From: Squalus acanthias
Lineage: Eukaryota
Length of the DNA: 64,000 nucleotides
Assembly: GCA_030390025.1 (NCBI GenBank)
Contig: CM059438.1
Coordinates: 64,420,001-64,484,000, forward strand
Direction of reading: 5' to 3'
Shown here: positions 1 through 11,416 of the stretch, piece by piece
Numbering within the stretch: the first letter of the stretch is position 1
Layout: every line of letters begins with the position of its first letter
The notes under the pieces: generated by a model
What the model was told of the DNA's origin: nothing
Databases searched by the model: none
The model's input: only the letters and a program-made list of their open reading frames with translations
Position numbers and translations under genes: made by a program

Positions 1-226
1 GCTGAAGCAAGGGTGTGCGCGGGCTTCTGATGTCAATGGCTGTCAGGGACACGTGACTCCCTGCACTTCGGAGCATGTGTGGCCGTGCAGCAGCTCGTGA
101 TTGACCACAGGAACTTCTGTCTTTATTTTCTGCGGTCTTAGTTAGGCAAAGTCCAAATTTTAAAATGGTGTAATGGTGTCAGTCAGCTGATTCCCTGGGA
201 TATGTGTGAAACATCCTGTGGTAAGG

Positions 227-617
227 CATAGAAACATAGAAACATAGAAGATAGGAGCAGGAGTAGGCCATTCAGCCCCTCGAGCCTGCTCCGCCATTCA
301 ATGAGATCATGACTGATCATCCAAATTCAGTACCCTGTCCCTGCCTTCTCTCCATATCCCTTGATCCCTTTAGCCTTAAGAAATATATCTAACTCCTTCT
401 TGAATATATTTAATGAATTGGCCTGAACTGCCTTCTGTGGGAGAGAATTCCACAGGTTCACCACTCTCTGGGTGAAGAAATTCCTCCTCATCTCAGTCCT
501 AAATGGCTTACCCCTTATCCTTAGACTGTGACCCCTGGTTCTGGACTCCCCCAGCCATCAGGAACATCCTTCCTGCATCTAGTCTGTCTAGTTCTGTTAG
601 AATTTTATGAGTTTCAA
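227..617 (-). mobile_element. CR1-type LINE, 5'-truncated 3' fragment
   Basis: (CATAGAAA)n at the left is the reverse complement of the CR1 8-bp tail; nearly identical to 9774-10165, which encodes the ORF2 C-terminus (RRNFFTQRVVNLWNSLP). Confidence 0.9.
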
Positions 618-835
618 AGCGGGTCTGTCGCGGTCAATGTACATGACAGGCTGCCTGCAGTCAGACATATTCAATGTGAGTGTCTGTCCCCAAAGGTACG
701 TTTGATTGTGTTCCATGTCAAGTCACTCAAAACACAGTGGATTGTTTGTTGCCAGGGACATTTTATATGAATCATTCTTGCTGTTAGTGGCGTAAGAAGT
801 TAATTTCTCTGTTATTGGGTGTTAAGAACCAATGA

Positions 836-1117
836 AAGAAAGAAAGACTTGCATTTATCTAGCACCTTTCATGACCTCACGACATCCCAAATTGCTTTAC
901 AGACAAAGAAGTACTTTTGAAGTGTAGTCCCTGTTGTAATGTAGGAAACGCAGCAGCCAATTTGTGCACAGCAAGGTCCCACAAACAGCAATGTGATAAT
1001 GACCAAATAATCTGTTTTAGTGATGTTGGTTGAGGGATAAATATTGGCCCAGGACACTGGGGAGAACTCCACTGCTCTTCTTCGACACAGTGCCATGGGA
1101 TCTTTTACATCCATCCT
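836..1117 (-). mobile_element. DeuSINE (SacSINE1-like) 3' half
   Basis: Reverse complement matches the body and tail of the full copies at 12749-13215 and 42215-42680. Confidence 0.85.
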
Positions 1118-1196
1118 ACAGCACTGAAACAGCCCTAATCAAAGTCACAAATGACATTCTCTGTGACAGTGACCATGGTGCATGATCCTTCCTCAT

Positions 1197-2678
1197 TGTA
1201 GAAAATATATACAGACCCTTAATTTTAATATTTCTTGAAATGCTTTGCCAGGCAAAAAGATTTTACAAAGTGAAATAAAATTGGTGAATGCAACAAGCAG
1301 TCTTTCACTGATAAGGCAGGAAACATGGTTGTGACTGCAGGGGGTAGTGATAGTCAACAGAGATAAACAAACCCCCTGAGTATTGTAGACATGGGGCTGG
1401 ATTTTCATTGACCCGTGGAGGCGGGTTTGGAGGTGTGTGGGTGGTTAAAATTGCGAAAACTGGTGGGCGGGCACAAGTCCGCCTCTATCCCGCCTCCACA
1501 CAATTTTGATGAAATCGTGTCTGCTCCTCCCACCTGCGTCCCGCCTTTAAGAGACGGGATAGGCTGTTAAGGCCCTTAACAAGCACTAAATTGGCTCTAT
1601 AATGCCATTTTGAAAGGCCTTTGTGATTTTAACCCTTGTTCTACGTGAAGCACGCCTGTTCTGAAACACGATTGTGAAACCTGGCGGGAGCACATTTGGA
1701 TAGCTGACTATCAGTGAGTCGCTGGCTGGCATCTGGGAGTGGTGGAGCAAAAAAAAAGTTCTCTCTCTCTCTCTCTCTCCTGTTCATTTTGCATCCAGGT
1801 CCTCTCACAGCAAAGGCCAGGCAGTCTGTGAGGACCTTCAATGCAGCAGCAATGATGACATCATCAGAGGCGACTTTCAGACTGAAAACACTAATTGGTT
1901 CATGGGTTCCCACATGCTGGAACTCAATTGCCCAATTAGGTGAAAATTGCATCAATCTCCCACATCCAATTGCAGTCGGGTGGATAACACGAAAAGCGGA
2001 TGACACTGACCCCAACCCGCCCCAGTATCAAAATCCAGCCCATGGTGTCTCTGGTGACCTTTCTGAGGTGAGAAGTCAAACCTTTGAAGTTTTGAAATGC
2101 AGAATACGACGTTAACTCATGAACCGAACCAAGTGGTTTTCTGCCATCTTTGTAAACTTTAGGAGTGAATGAACAATTTTGGGCTGTGATAAGGACAAAC
2201 TGAATAATAGCCACACAGGATGTGTGAGTGTAAACGTTTGACAGCTCAAAACAGCTCAGACCAACATTAAAGGAACATTTCACTATCTCTGAATGAATGA
2301 TTTAATACAAAAGACAAGGAAAGCTGTATAAAACACAGTGGCTAAAGAAAATCAGCACTGCAGTCAGAAGAAGGTGGTTTGGCCCGTCATCTGGCCTACG
2401 AGGATCAGGCTGCAGTCAGAGGAAGCAGGGGCCTGGCCAGCCTTTTCGCTTTCGAGGACCTCCAATCAACGCTGGACCGATCATCGGCGGGTGGTTGTAT
2501 GTATGATTTCCTGTAATATTATTGGTGGACTGCTCGAATAGTGGTTGGGATTTTGAATCTTAGGAACAATAAAAGGTTAAAGACAGAACCCGTGTGTCTG
2601 GTGTAATTTCTCATAAGTCTCAAGTCCGAACTCTATAACCTGTTGGACTGGGCGAGGGGTAATTCCGCACGTCTTACA
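1197..2678 (+). mobile_element. Solo LTR (contains the MITE at 1394-2041)
   Basis: TGTA...TACA termini; 4-bp TSD TCAT at 1193-1196 and 2679-2682; TATAAAA near 2327 and AATAAA near 2568; interrupts L2 coding sequence. Confidence 0.8.
1394..2041. mobile_element. PIF/Harbinger MITE, family A copy 1
   Basis: TIR GGGCTGGATTTT...AAAATCCAGCCC; 3-bp TSD ATG on both sides; close homolog at 26085-26777. Confidence 0.9.
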
Positions 2679-3439
2679 TCATCCTTCTCGACCTGAATGC
2701 AGCTTTTGACATTTTTGACCGCACCACCCTTTTCCAACGCCTCTCCTCCATTGTCTAGCTTGTTTGGATTGCCCTCGCCTTATTCTGCTCTTACCTAAAT
2801 TGTTGTGGCTAGGGAAACCCCTGCAATGGTTTCTGTTCCTGCCCCTGTACTGTTACCTCTGAAGTCCTCAGAGGATCTATCCTTGGCCTCCTTCTAGTTC
2901 TCATCTGCATGCTGCCCCTCAGGGATATCATCTGAAAACGTGACAACACCCAGCTCCACCTCACCACCAAATCTCCCAGCCCTTCCACTGCCTCTGTTTC
3001 TCAAGACGAAATCCAGTCCTGGATGAGCTGCAATTCTCTTAAGTTAAACATTGGGAAGACCAGGCTGAACCAGACTGTTCGCAGTTCCTGGTGTCCAATT
3101 TGACCTTGAGCCAAGCTTCTGACCCCATATCTTCTCCATCACAAAGACTGCCTACCTCCACCTTTGTAACATCATCCGTCTCTGCCCCTACCTCAATTTA
3201 TCTGCTGCTGAAATCCTCCATCCATGCTTTTGTTACCTCCAGACTTGACTATTCCAATTCTCTCCTGGCCTTCCATCTTCCATCCTCCATAAACTTGAGC
3301 TCATCCAAACCTCTGCTGCCTATAACCAAGACCTGCTCACTTATCACCCCTGTGCTTGCCCCTCCCTATCTCTGTAACATTCTCCAGCCTTCCAAGAACT
3401 TTGCATTCCTCCAACTGCTACATTCCTGGAGGCATTAAT

Positions 3440-4480
3440 TTTGTGATACAACTAACTTCCATTTCTCAACCATGTATTTGTTTCTACAAAGGCGGTGGGA
3501 CCCTTCCTTTGGCTGCCGTTTATCCTTGTTTAATTTATATTGATGTATCCGTCTGCTATGTCCAATTAATTTCACTTCTACGATGATCCCTCTTGGTATC
3601 TTTTCCTAGAATGGTTGGGATGATGTCCAGCATGTCCTCAGGAGATAAAAGAAATCCAAGGAATTTAAAGAGAAACACTGCAATTTCTAGAAATAAAAGA
3701 TGGAAAATGCTGGACAGCAGTTCCTTCAGCAGTTGTGATGATAAAAGACAGATTAATGTTCTGGGTATAGATACTTCATCAGAACTCAAAATTGGAAATC
3801 AAGAAAGCCTCGAAATTGCACTGGACACATTCCAGAAATTCTGTTTTTTTTATTCCTATTTATTTGAGCTGTTTGATTCACTGTCACTTCTCTTTCAAAA
3901 ACACCAGCCTTGGAGAAGTTCTGTTCATCTTGTAGTTATGGCTTTCATTTGTCTCTTTCACTCTCTTCATTGTCCAATGTTAACCTCGTGGTGTGAAGGG
4001 GCTGATCCCATTGACCTTGATGTGATCCTTGTGTACATATTTTATTTATTCAGATCATCTGAATTGCAGGAACATATCTAAGTCATTTTGAGTTTCGTCC
4101 CTCAGCCCTTGTTTGAAATTAGTTCCATCAATTTACAATATGACCATTACTAGCTCAATTGATGACTGACACTACATCCATCACTGTGATTGCATATGTG
4201 AGCGGTATGAGAAAATACACCACTGAACCACTGAATCATCTTTCCAGCTATTGGAAGAATTGATTGGATGAATAAAGGAGGATGGAGAAAAGATAGTTGG
4301 TCAGTGGATCTACTGCCCCATTGGGAGTATAATAATCTGCAGTAGTCTCGAATAGGCTGGAGCCTACTGCTAGATGGAATAATCTGCAGTTTTGGTAACT
4401 GTAGGGACAGAGGTCTGCTTTGACAATGCATAGTCAGACTGCACAAACCATTTATTTGAATGGACTTTCATTACTTGCCA
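3440..4480 (-). pseudogene. Possible highly decayed retroviral-type integrase (Gypsy/Ginger-like)
   Basis: Minus strand gives TADYYTP..AVDPLTNY, then HIV/IDGTNFK, then GISPFTPRG, the order expected for a DDE integrase core; many stops and frameshifts. Confidence 0.35.
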
Positions 4481-4526
4481 GTCTCTGAATTTCCATTCTT
4501 TACCCAAGAAGATGATGTTTTACAGT

Positions 4527-5280
4527 TACAGACTCTCCAACAAGCGAGAGTCTAACCACCGCCCCTTGACATTCAACGGCATTACCATCGCCGAATCCCC
4601 CACCATCAGCATCCTGGGTGTCGCCATTGACCAGAAACTTAACTGGACCAGCCACATAAATACTGTGGCAACAAGAGCAGGTCAGATGCTGGGTATTCTG
4701 TGGCGAGTGTCTCTCCTCCTGACTCCCTGAAGCCTTTCCACCATCTAGAAGGCACAAGTAAGGAGTGTGATGGAATACTCTCCACTTGCCTGGATGAGTT
4801 CAGCTCCAACAACACTCAAGAAGCTCGACACCATCCAGGACAAAGCAGCCCGCTTGATTGGCACCCCATCCACCACCTTAAACATTCACTCCCTCCACCA
4901 CCGAAGTAACGTGGCTGCAGTGTGTACCATCTACAAGATGCACTGCAGCAACTTGCCAAGGCTTCTTCGGCAGCACCTCCCAAACCCGCGACCTCTACCA
5001 CCTAGAAAGACCAGGGCAGCAGGCGCATGGGAACACCACCACCTCCAAGTTCCCCTCCAAGTCACACACCATCCTGACTTGGAAGTATATCGCCGATCCT
5101 TCATCGTCGCTGGGTCAAAATCCTGGAAATCCCTACCTAACAGCACTGTGGGAGCACCTTCACCACACGGACTACAGCAGTTAAAGAAGGCGGCTCACCA
5201 CCACCTTCTGAAGGGCAATTAGGGATGGGCAATAAATGCTGGCCTTGCCAGTGACGCCCACATCCCATAAACAAATTTTA
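4527..5280 (+). mobile_element. CR1-group LINE 3' fragment (second family)
   Basis: ILGVAIDQKLNWTSHI...KAQVRSVMEYSPLAW...DTIQDKAARLI...SWKSLP, a LINE ORF2 C-terminus; premature TAG near 4747. Confidence 0.85.
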
Positions 5281-5383
5281 AAATACTTGTCATGCTGTAA
5301 TTACACCCTCTTGCCAGAGGTGGTGCTCTAACACCTCAGTTTTGAGTCTCAGCTCTTCAGCCTCTACAGCAGAGAAACACCAA

Positions 5384-6230
5384 GGGGGTGATTTTGCCGG
5401 CGCTCAGGGGTCGGGTTTGGAGGCGGGATTGCTGGCAAAATCAAAAACATTGACAGCGGGTCCCGAACCCGCTTCTAACCCGCCTGCAAACAATCTTCCC
5501 GGGAGTCGGGTCCCCGATTTGCGCAGGGACCTGACTCCTAACTCCTAGTGGTGGGAATAGGATTATAGCCACTTAACTGCTTGTTAACAGGTAGTTAACA
5601 AGCAGTTAAGAGGCTTTTTCCAATTTTGCCAGGTCGACTGCGGGCTTCCCGATGTCCGGACACCACGCCAGGTAAGTGTGGCGTGTTGTGTGTCTACTGT
5701 AATGTTTCTTCACTGATGACAGCTGCAGAAGTGATGTGAAGAATCCAATGGTACACTGGTGAGTTTCAGAGGTAAGGAAATGCTGGGAAAATCATTTTTA
5801 ATGTATTGAGAGTTTTCTGTAGGTAATAAGGTTTGAAGTGTTTGTGACAGATCGCTTCTGTAACCTCACCTGCAGCTGCCATCTGTTTTATCCTAAGGAG
5901 AGAGTCTCTGGAGAGCCTGGGTGCAAGGTCTCACCTTTGTGCAGTGATTGTCAGTGTTTGCAGCACCTCAATACTGTCAAACACTGAAAAATCATCTGTC
6001 AAACAAAAATGAGCGTGTCCCCTTTAAGAAAACCGGCAGATTATGCTTCATCAACTGACGTCATCTGACACTGGCTTTCTCTTAATTGGCCAGCAAGCCC
6101 GCAGGGCGGGCTTAACAAAACCAATTGACGCAAAATAGCGTCTGTGCGTCGGGCGTCGTTGTGGGCGGGATCGGAACCCACAAGTCAGCTGACCCGCTCC
6201 TATCGCGCCTCTTCAGGTAAGATCAGGCCC
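5384..6230. mobile_element. PIF/Harbinger MITE related to the 33884-38095 element
   Basis: Left end GTGATTTTGCCGGCGCTCAG matches the reverse complement of the right end of the full element; imperfect right TIR GGTAAGATCAGGCCC; TSD not clean. Confidence 0.75.
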
Positions 6231-6637
6231 AATTCTCCAACCAGCTCTACTTCTCTGCCTCCCAAATTGTGTTAATTTTGCTATTTAACTATAAATAATA
6301 ATATAAAAGTATTATACAAACTTAGGACAGAGTATATGACATTAAAATGAGGGCTGAATTACATTTGGTCCAATTACACCCCCCGGCCTCTAACTCCACC
6401 TCGCCTGAAATCTACACCTGGTCGCGACTGTTCAATGCCGCGGGAGACCAACTAACATCAGAAAAATTGTTTCTGGTTAAATGACTTGAATGTAGCTTGA
6501 TATCATCATCTCTTAAGTGGACTTGTTAGTGTAAACAATCTTAAACTTTCAAACAACTTAATATCAAAAGGATAAATCATCAATTTCAAAAATAAACCAG
6601 GCACCTCTTATCCAAATGTAAATAAGAAGGCGTTTTT

Positions 6638-8250
6638 ATTACATGGAATTACACAGAATTTCGCAGCACAGGAACAGAGCATGCGGCCGGTGTTTATGCT
6701 CCACACGAGCCTCCTCCCACCTTACTTAATCTCACTCTATCCACATATTCTTCTATTCCTTTCTCCCTCATGTGTTTAGCTAGCTTTCCTTTAAATGCAT
6801 CTATGCTAGTCGCCTGAACTACTCCTTGTGGTGGCAAGTTCCATATTCTAACCACTCTCTAGGTAACAATTTTTCTCCTGAATTCCTTATTGGATATATG
6901 AGTGACTATTTTATATTTATGACCTCTAATTTTGAACTCCCCCACAAGTGGAAGCATCTTCTCTACATCTACCCTATCAAATCCCTTCATCATTTTAAAG
7001 GCTAAGTAAGTGGGCAGAGATTTGGCAGATGGAATACAACACTGTAAAGTGTGAGGTGATGCACTTTGGCAGGAAAAATCCTAGAGCAATTTATTATCTT
7101 AATGGCAAGAAACTGGAGAGTACTGAAGTGCAAAGGGATCTGGGGGTCCTGGTGCACGAAACTCAAAAGGTTAGTATGCAGGTGCAGCAAGTGATTAAGA
7201 AGGCAAATGGAATGTTGGCTTTCATTGCTAGGGGGATAGAATATAAAAATAGGGAGGTATTGCTTCAGTTGTACAAGGTATTGGTGAGACCGCACCTGGA
7301 ATACTGCATACAGTTTTGGTGTCCTTACTTAAGGAAAGACATCCTTGCTCTCGAGGCAGTGCAAAAAAGGTTCACTCGGTTAATCCCGGGGATGAGGGGG
7401 TGGTCATATGAGGAGAGGTTGGGTAGATTGGGACTCTACTCATTGGAGTTCAGAAGAATGAGAGGCAATCTTATTGAAACATATAAGATTGTGAAGGGGT
7501 TGGATCGGGTGGATGCGGGGAGGATGTTCCCGATGACGGGTGAGACGAGAACTAGGGGACATAGTCTTAGAATAAGGGGCTGCTCTTTCAAAACTGAGAT
7601 GAGGAGGAACTACTTCACTCAGAGGGTGGTAGGTCCATGGAATATGCTGCCACAAAAAGCTGTAGAAGCTACAACATTAATTAAATTTAAAACAGAAATA
7701 GACAGTTTCCTAGAAGTAAAGGGCATTAAGGGTTACGGGGAGCGGGCAGGAATTTGGACATGAGTATAGGTTCGGATCGGTCATGGCCCTGTGGGTAGTG
7801 GAGCGGGCCCAGGGACTGTGTAGCCTGATTCTGCTCCTATTTCGTGTGTGCAATTCTGTTAGATGCAGGAGATGGTTCTGTGATAGATAGTAGATTGGCG
7901 GTTAGGATCAGATCAGCCATGATCTTATTGAATGGCGGAGCAGGCTCGAGGGGCCGATTGGCCTACTCCTGCTCCTATTTCTTATGTTCTTATGTTCTTA
8001 AGACCTTTGTCAGGTCACCTCTCAGTCTTCTATTTTCTAGAGAAAAGAGCCCCAGTCTGTTCAGTGTTTCCTGAAAGTGAAAAACTCCTGTTCTGGTATC
8101 ATTCTTGTAAATCTTTTTTTTTGCACTTTCCCCAATGCTTCTACATCCATTTTGTAATACAGAGACCAGAACTGAGCACAGTAATTTAAGTGTGTTACAA
8201 CCAAGGTTCTATATAAATTTAACATAACATCTCTGCTTTTGAATTCTATT
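6638..8250 (-). mobile_element. Older CR1 3' fragment (6638-7000 and 7999-8250) interrupted by a young CR1
   Basis: Minus-strand ORF 8061-8318 has LYRTLV..HLNYCAQFWS; sequence is continuous across the insertion. Confidence 0.8.
7001..7998 (+). mobile_element. Young CR1 LINE, 5'-truncated, doubled 3' UTR (copy 1)
   Basis: Open ORF2 C-terminus 7029-7763; near-identical to 28368-29367 and 53485-54477; (TTCTTATG)n tail. Confidence 0.95.
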
Positions 8251-9234
8251 ACTCTGGTATATTTTATTATACAGAACGATATGGGGAAGCAGTGCTCAGA
8301 GAGAAACCTGTGGGTCACTCGACCCTGCAGTTTATCTTTCTTCCTGCCATCCGTGCGATTAAAGGATAGGAGACCTCGTGAACTTGGGTCAGTTGGAATG
8401 ACTCTTGCTCCCGAGTCAGAAGGATTTTAGTTCAAAACCTCTAGTTTGAAATGAAGACCCAAAAGCACTTTGGCAGACCCACGTATACCTGGCTTTCTGA
8501 TGCCAGCAGTTCTCGGGTGGATGGGTCATTTACGTTAAGGGGTGGCATTAACAGTGAGGGCACCCCTTGCCCACCTTCAACATCACCCCCAACAGTATAC
8601 CCCAACTGCGGACACCTCTCAATCAGGCTGTTATGTTAGAATAAGGATTGTGACCTTTACTCATGAATTTTCTTTCGACATATCAACCGGGCTCCTTTGT
8701 AAACTGACTTCTGAATAAGGGCAGCACCTAGCACAGAGGTTGGTATCAGAATATATAAAGGAATATGCTTCATCAATTCTCCTGGAATTCTGTGAAGTTG
8801 ATGAGATTTCAAAAGGGGCTCCAACAGAGCTGTAGTATTCTATAGAACTCTGCTCGAATCCTCCAGGAATTCATATAAAACAATCTTTAAGAATTTTCAA
8901 AACTGCAGGGCTGCACTTGAACTACAAAGGACTTATGGTCCTGAAAGTCTAGGTTTGATGTTCAGAATGATTGTGCTTCAGATGTTTCCACAACAAAGAC
9001 TGTAAGAGAAAGGAATATTACACCAAGAATATTAAATATACGTGCATTAAATATACACTTTGACATGAGAATACAAACATTTCCCCCTCCTGTTCTTCTG
9101 CACCTTGAAAAGATGGCTTCACTTTAAAAACCATCAACATCAGTTCTTCTGAAAATTTTAAACTTTTAAAATGTGCAGAACAGTGAGTTTTGGGCTTTGT
9201 AAGCCTCAGAAAAACTTTTCTCGAGAAATTCAGG

Positions 9235-9644
9235 TCATAGAGTCATAGAGTCATACAGTTATACAGCACAGAAAGAGGCCCTTCGGCCCATCGTGTCCGC
9301 GCCGGCCATCAAGCCCTGTCTATTCTAATCCCATTTTCCAGCACTTGGTCCGTAGCATTGTATTCTTTGGCGTTTCAAGTGCTCATCTAAATGCTTCTTG
9401 AATGTTGTGAGGGTTCCTGCCTCTACCACCCTTTCAGGCAGTGAGTTCCAGATCCCAACCACCCTCAAGGTGAAAAAGAGTTTCCTCAAATCCCCTCTAA
9501 ACCTCCTGCCCCTTATCTTGAAACTATGGCCCCTGGTTATTGACCCCTCTACTAAGGGGAAAAGTTCCTTTCTATCTACCCTGTCTATGCCCCTCATAAT
9601 TTTGTACACCTCAATCAGGTCCCCCCTCAGCCTTCTCTGCTCCA
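9235..9644 (-). mobile_element. CR1 3' fragment
   Basis: (TCATAGAG)n tail at left; RRLRGDLIEVYKIMRG...RVVGIWNSLP on the minus strand. Confidence 0.9.
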
Positions 9645-10612
9645 AGTTTGCAGACGACACAAAGCTGGGTGGGCGTGTGTGCTGTGAGGAGGATGCAGAG
9701 AAACTCCAGTATGATTTGGACAGGTTGGGTGATTGGGCAGATGCATGGCAGATGCAGTATAATGTGGATAAATAGAAACATAAACATAGAAACATAGAAG
9801 ATAGGAGCTGGAGTAGGCCATTCGACCCCTCTAGCCTGCTCCGCCATTCAATGCGATCATGGCTGATCATCTAAATTCAGAACCCTGTCCCTGCTTTCTC
9901 CCCATATCCCTTGATCCCTTGAGCCTTAAGAAATATATCCAACTCCTTCTTGAATATATTTAATGAATTGGCCTCTACTGCCTTCTGTGGTAGAGAATTC
10001 CACAGGTTCACCACCCTCTGGGTGAAGAAATTCCTCCTCATTTCTGTCCTAAATGGCTTACCCCTTTTCCTTAGACTGTGACCCTTGGTTCTGGACTCCC
10101 CGACCATCGGGAACATCCTTCCTGCATCTAGTCTGTCCAGTCCTGTCAGAATTTTATAAGTTTCAATGAGATCCCCTCTCATTCTTCTAAACTCCAGCGA
10201 GTATAAGCCCAATCGACCCAATCTCTCCTCATACGTAATTCCTGCAATCCCAGGTATCAGCCTGGTGAATCTTCGCTGAACTCCTTCCATGGCAAGAACC
10301 TCCTTCCTCAGATAAGGAGGTTATCCACTTTGGTGGCAAAAACAGGAAGGCAGATTATTATCTGAATGGCAATAGATTGGGAAAAGGGGAAGTGCAACGA
10401 GACCTGGGTGTCCTTGTGCACCAGTCGCTGAAGGTAAGCATGCAGGTGCAGCAGGCGGTTAAGAAGGCAAATGGTATGTTGGCCTTCATAGCGAGAGGAT
10501 TCGAGTACAGGAGCAAGAATGTCTTGCTGCAGTTGTACAGGGCCTTGGTGAGACCACACCTTGAGTATTGTGTGCAGTTTTGGTCACCTTATCTGAGGAA
10601 GGATGTTCCTGC
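9641..10612. mobile_element. Rearranged CR1: + piece 9641-9773, - piece 9774-10317, + piece 10318-10612
   Basis: KFADDTK...YNVDK (+); PYLRKEVLAMEG...tail (-); VIHFGGKN...PYLRKDV (+). Confidence 0.85.
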
Positions 10613-10886
10613 TTCTAACAACCTTCGAACTCATTATGCAGGTAATTATGGTCATGTGCCTCTTGCATGATGGGATAGCATAGCTATCTGATTTGAAGAT
10701 GCTGGTTGAAGTGATATTATGGAAGGAGAAAGCCACCAAAAACAGGTTTGTTTTTAAAGAACTTAACTTAGAAAATACCAGTTGTTCAGAAATATTTAGA
10801 TTCAATAGGGTTTGCCATGAATAATCACCATCCAATGGAGAGACGTGTGGGATTTCAATGGCCCAGAGATAAGGCCATGGATAAAA

Positions 10887-11215
10887 GATAGAAAGAAAGA
10901 CTTGCATTTCTATAGCGCCTTTCACGACCACAAGACGTTCCAAAGCACTTTACAGCCAATGAAGTACTTTTTTGAAGTGTAGTCACTGTTGTAATGTAGA
11001 AAACGCGGCAGTCAATTTGCGCACAGCAAGCTCCCACAAACAGCAATGTGATAATGACCAGATAATCTGTTTTTAGTGATGTTGATTGAGTGGTAAATAT
11101 TGGCCCCAGGACACCGGGGATAACTCCCCTGCTCTTCTTCGAAATAGTGCCATGGGATCTTTTACGTCCACCTGAGAGAGCAGACGGGGCCTGGGTTTAA
11201 CGTCTCATCCAAAAT
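10887..11215 (-). mobile_element. DeuSINE (SacSINE1-like), lacking tRNA head
   Basis: Reverse complement of the body and tail of 12749-13215. Confidence 0.88.
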
Positions 11216-11416
11216 CCGAAAGATAGCTAAAAGGGAAGGGTGAAAATGCAACAATGTCACAGAGGCAATCAATGTTAGCTTTTATAACTAAAGGGTTAGA
11301 ATATAAAGGGGAGGAAGTTTTGTTACAGCTATACAAATCCCTGATTAGACCACATCTGGAGTACTGTGTACAATTCTGGGCACCACTCCTTAGAAAAAAA
11401 ACTGTTTTTCTCACAT

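Larger units (their letters stand above)
1118..3430 (+). mobile_element. Decayed L2 LINE ORF2 fragment, split by a solo LTR (pieces 1118-1196 and 2679-3430)
   Basis: STETALIKVTNDIL at 1118-1165 continues as ILLDLNAAFD at about 2681; later IHAFVTSRLDYSNSLL, typical of L2 RT and C-terminus. Confidence 0.85.

Noticed and set aside
1641..2115. Similar ORFs here and at 26402-26861 suggesting a duplicated small gene
   Set aside because: Both lie inside TIR/TSD-bounded MITE copies; frames run through a (CT)n tract and differ at both ends
3593..4081. 162-aa plus-strand ORF
   Set aside because: No recognisable motif or splice context; probably antisense to a decayed element
9325..9870. 181-aa ORF that looks like a fusion protein
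   Set aside because: Chance read-through across three CR1 fragments
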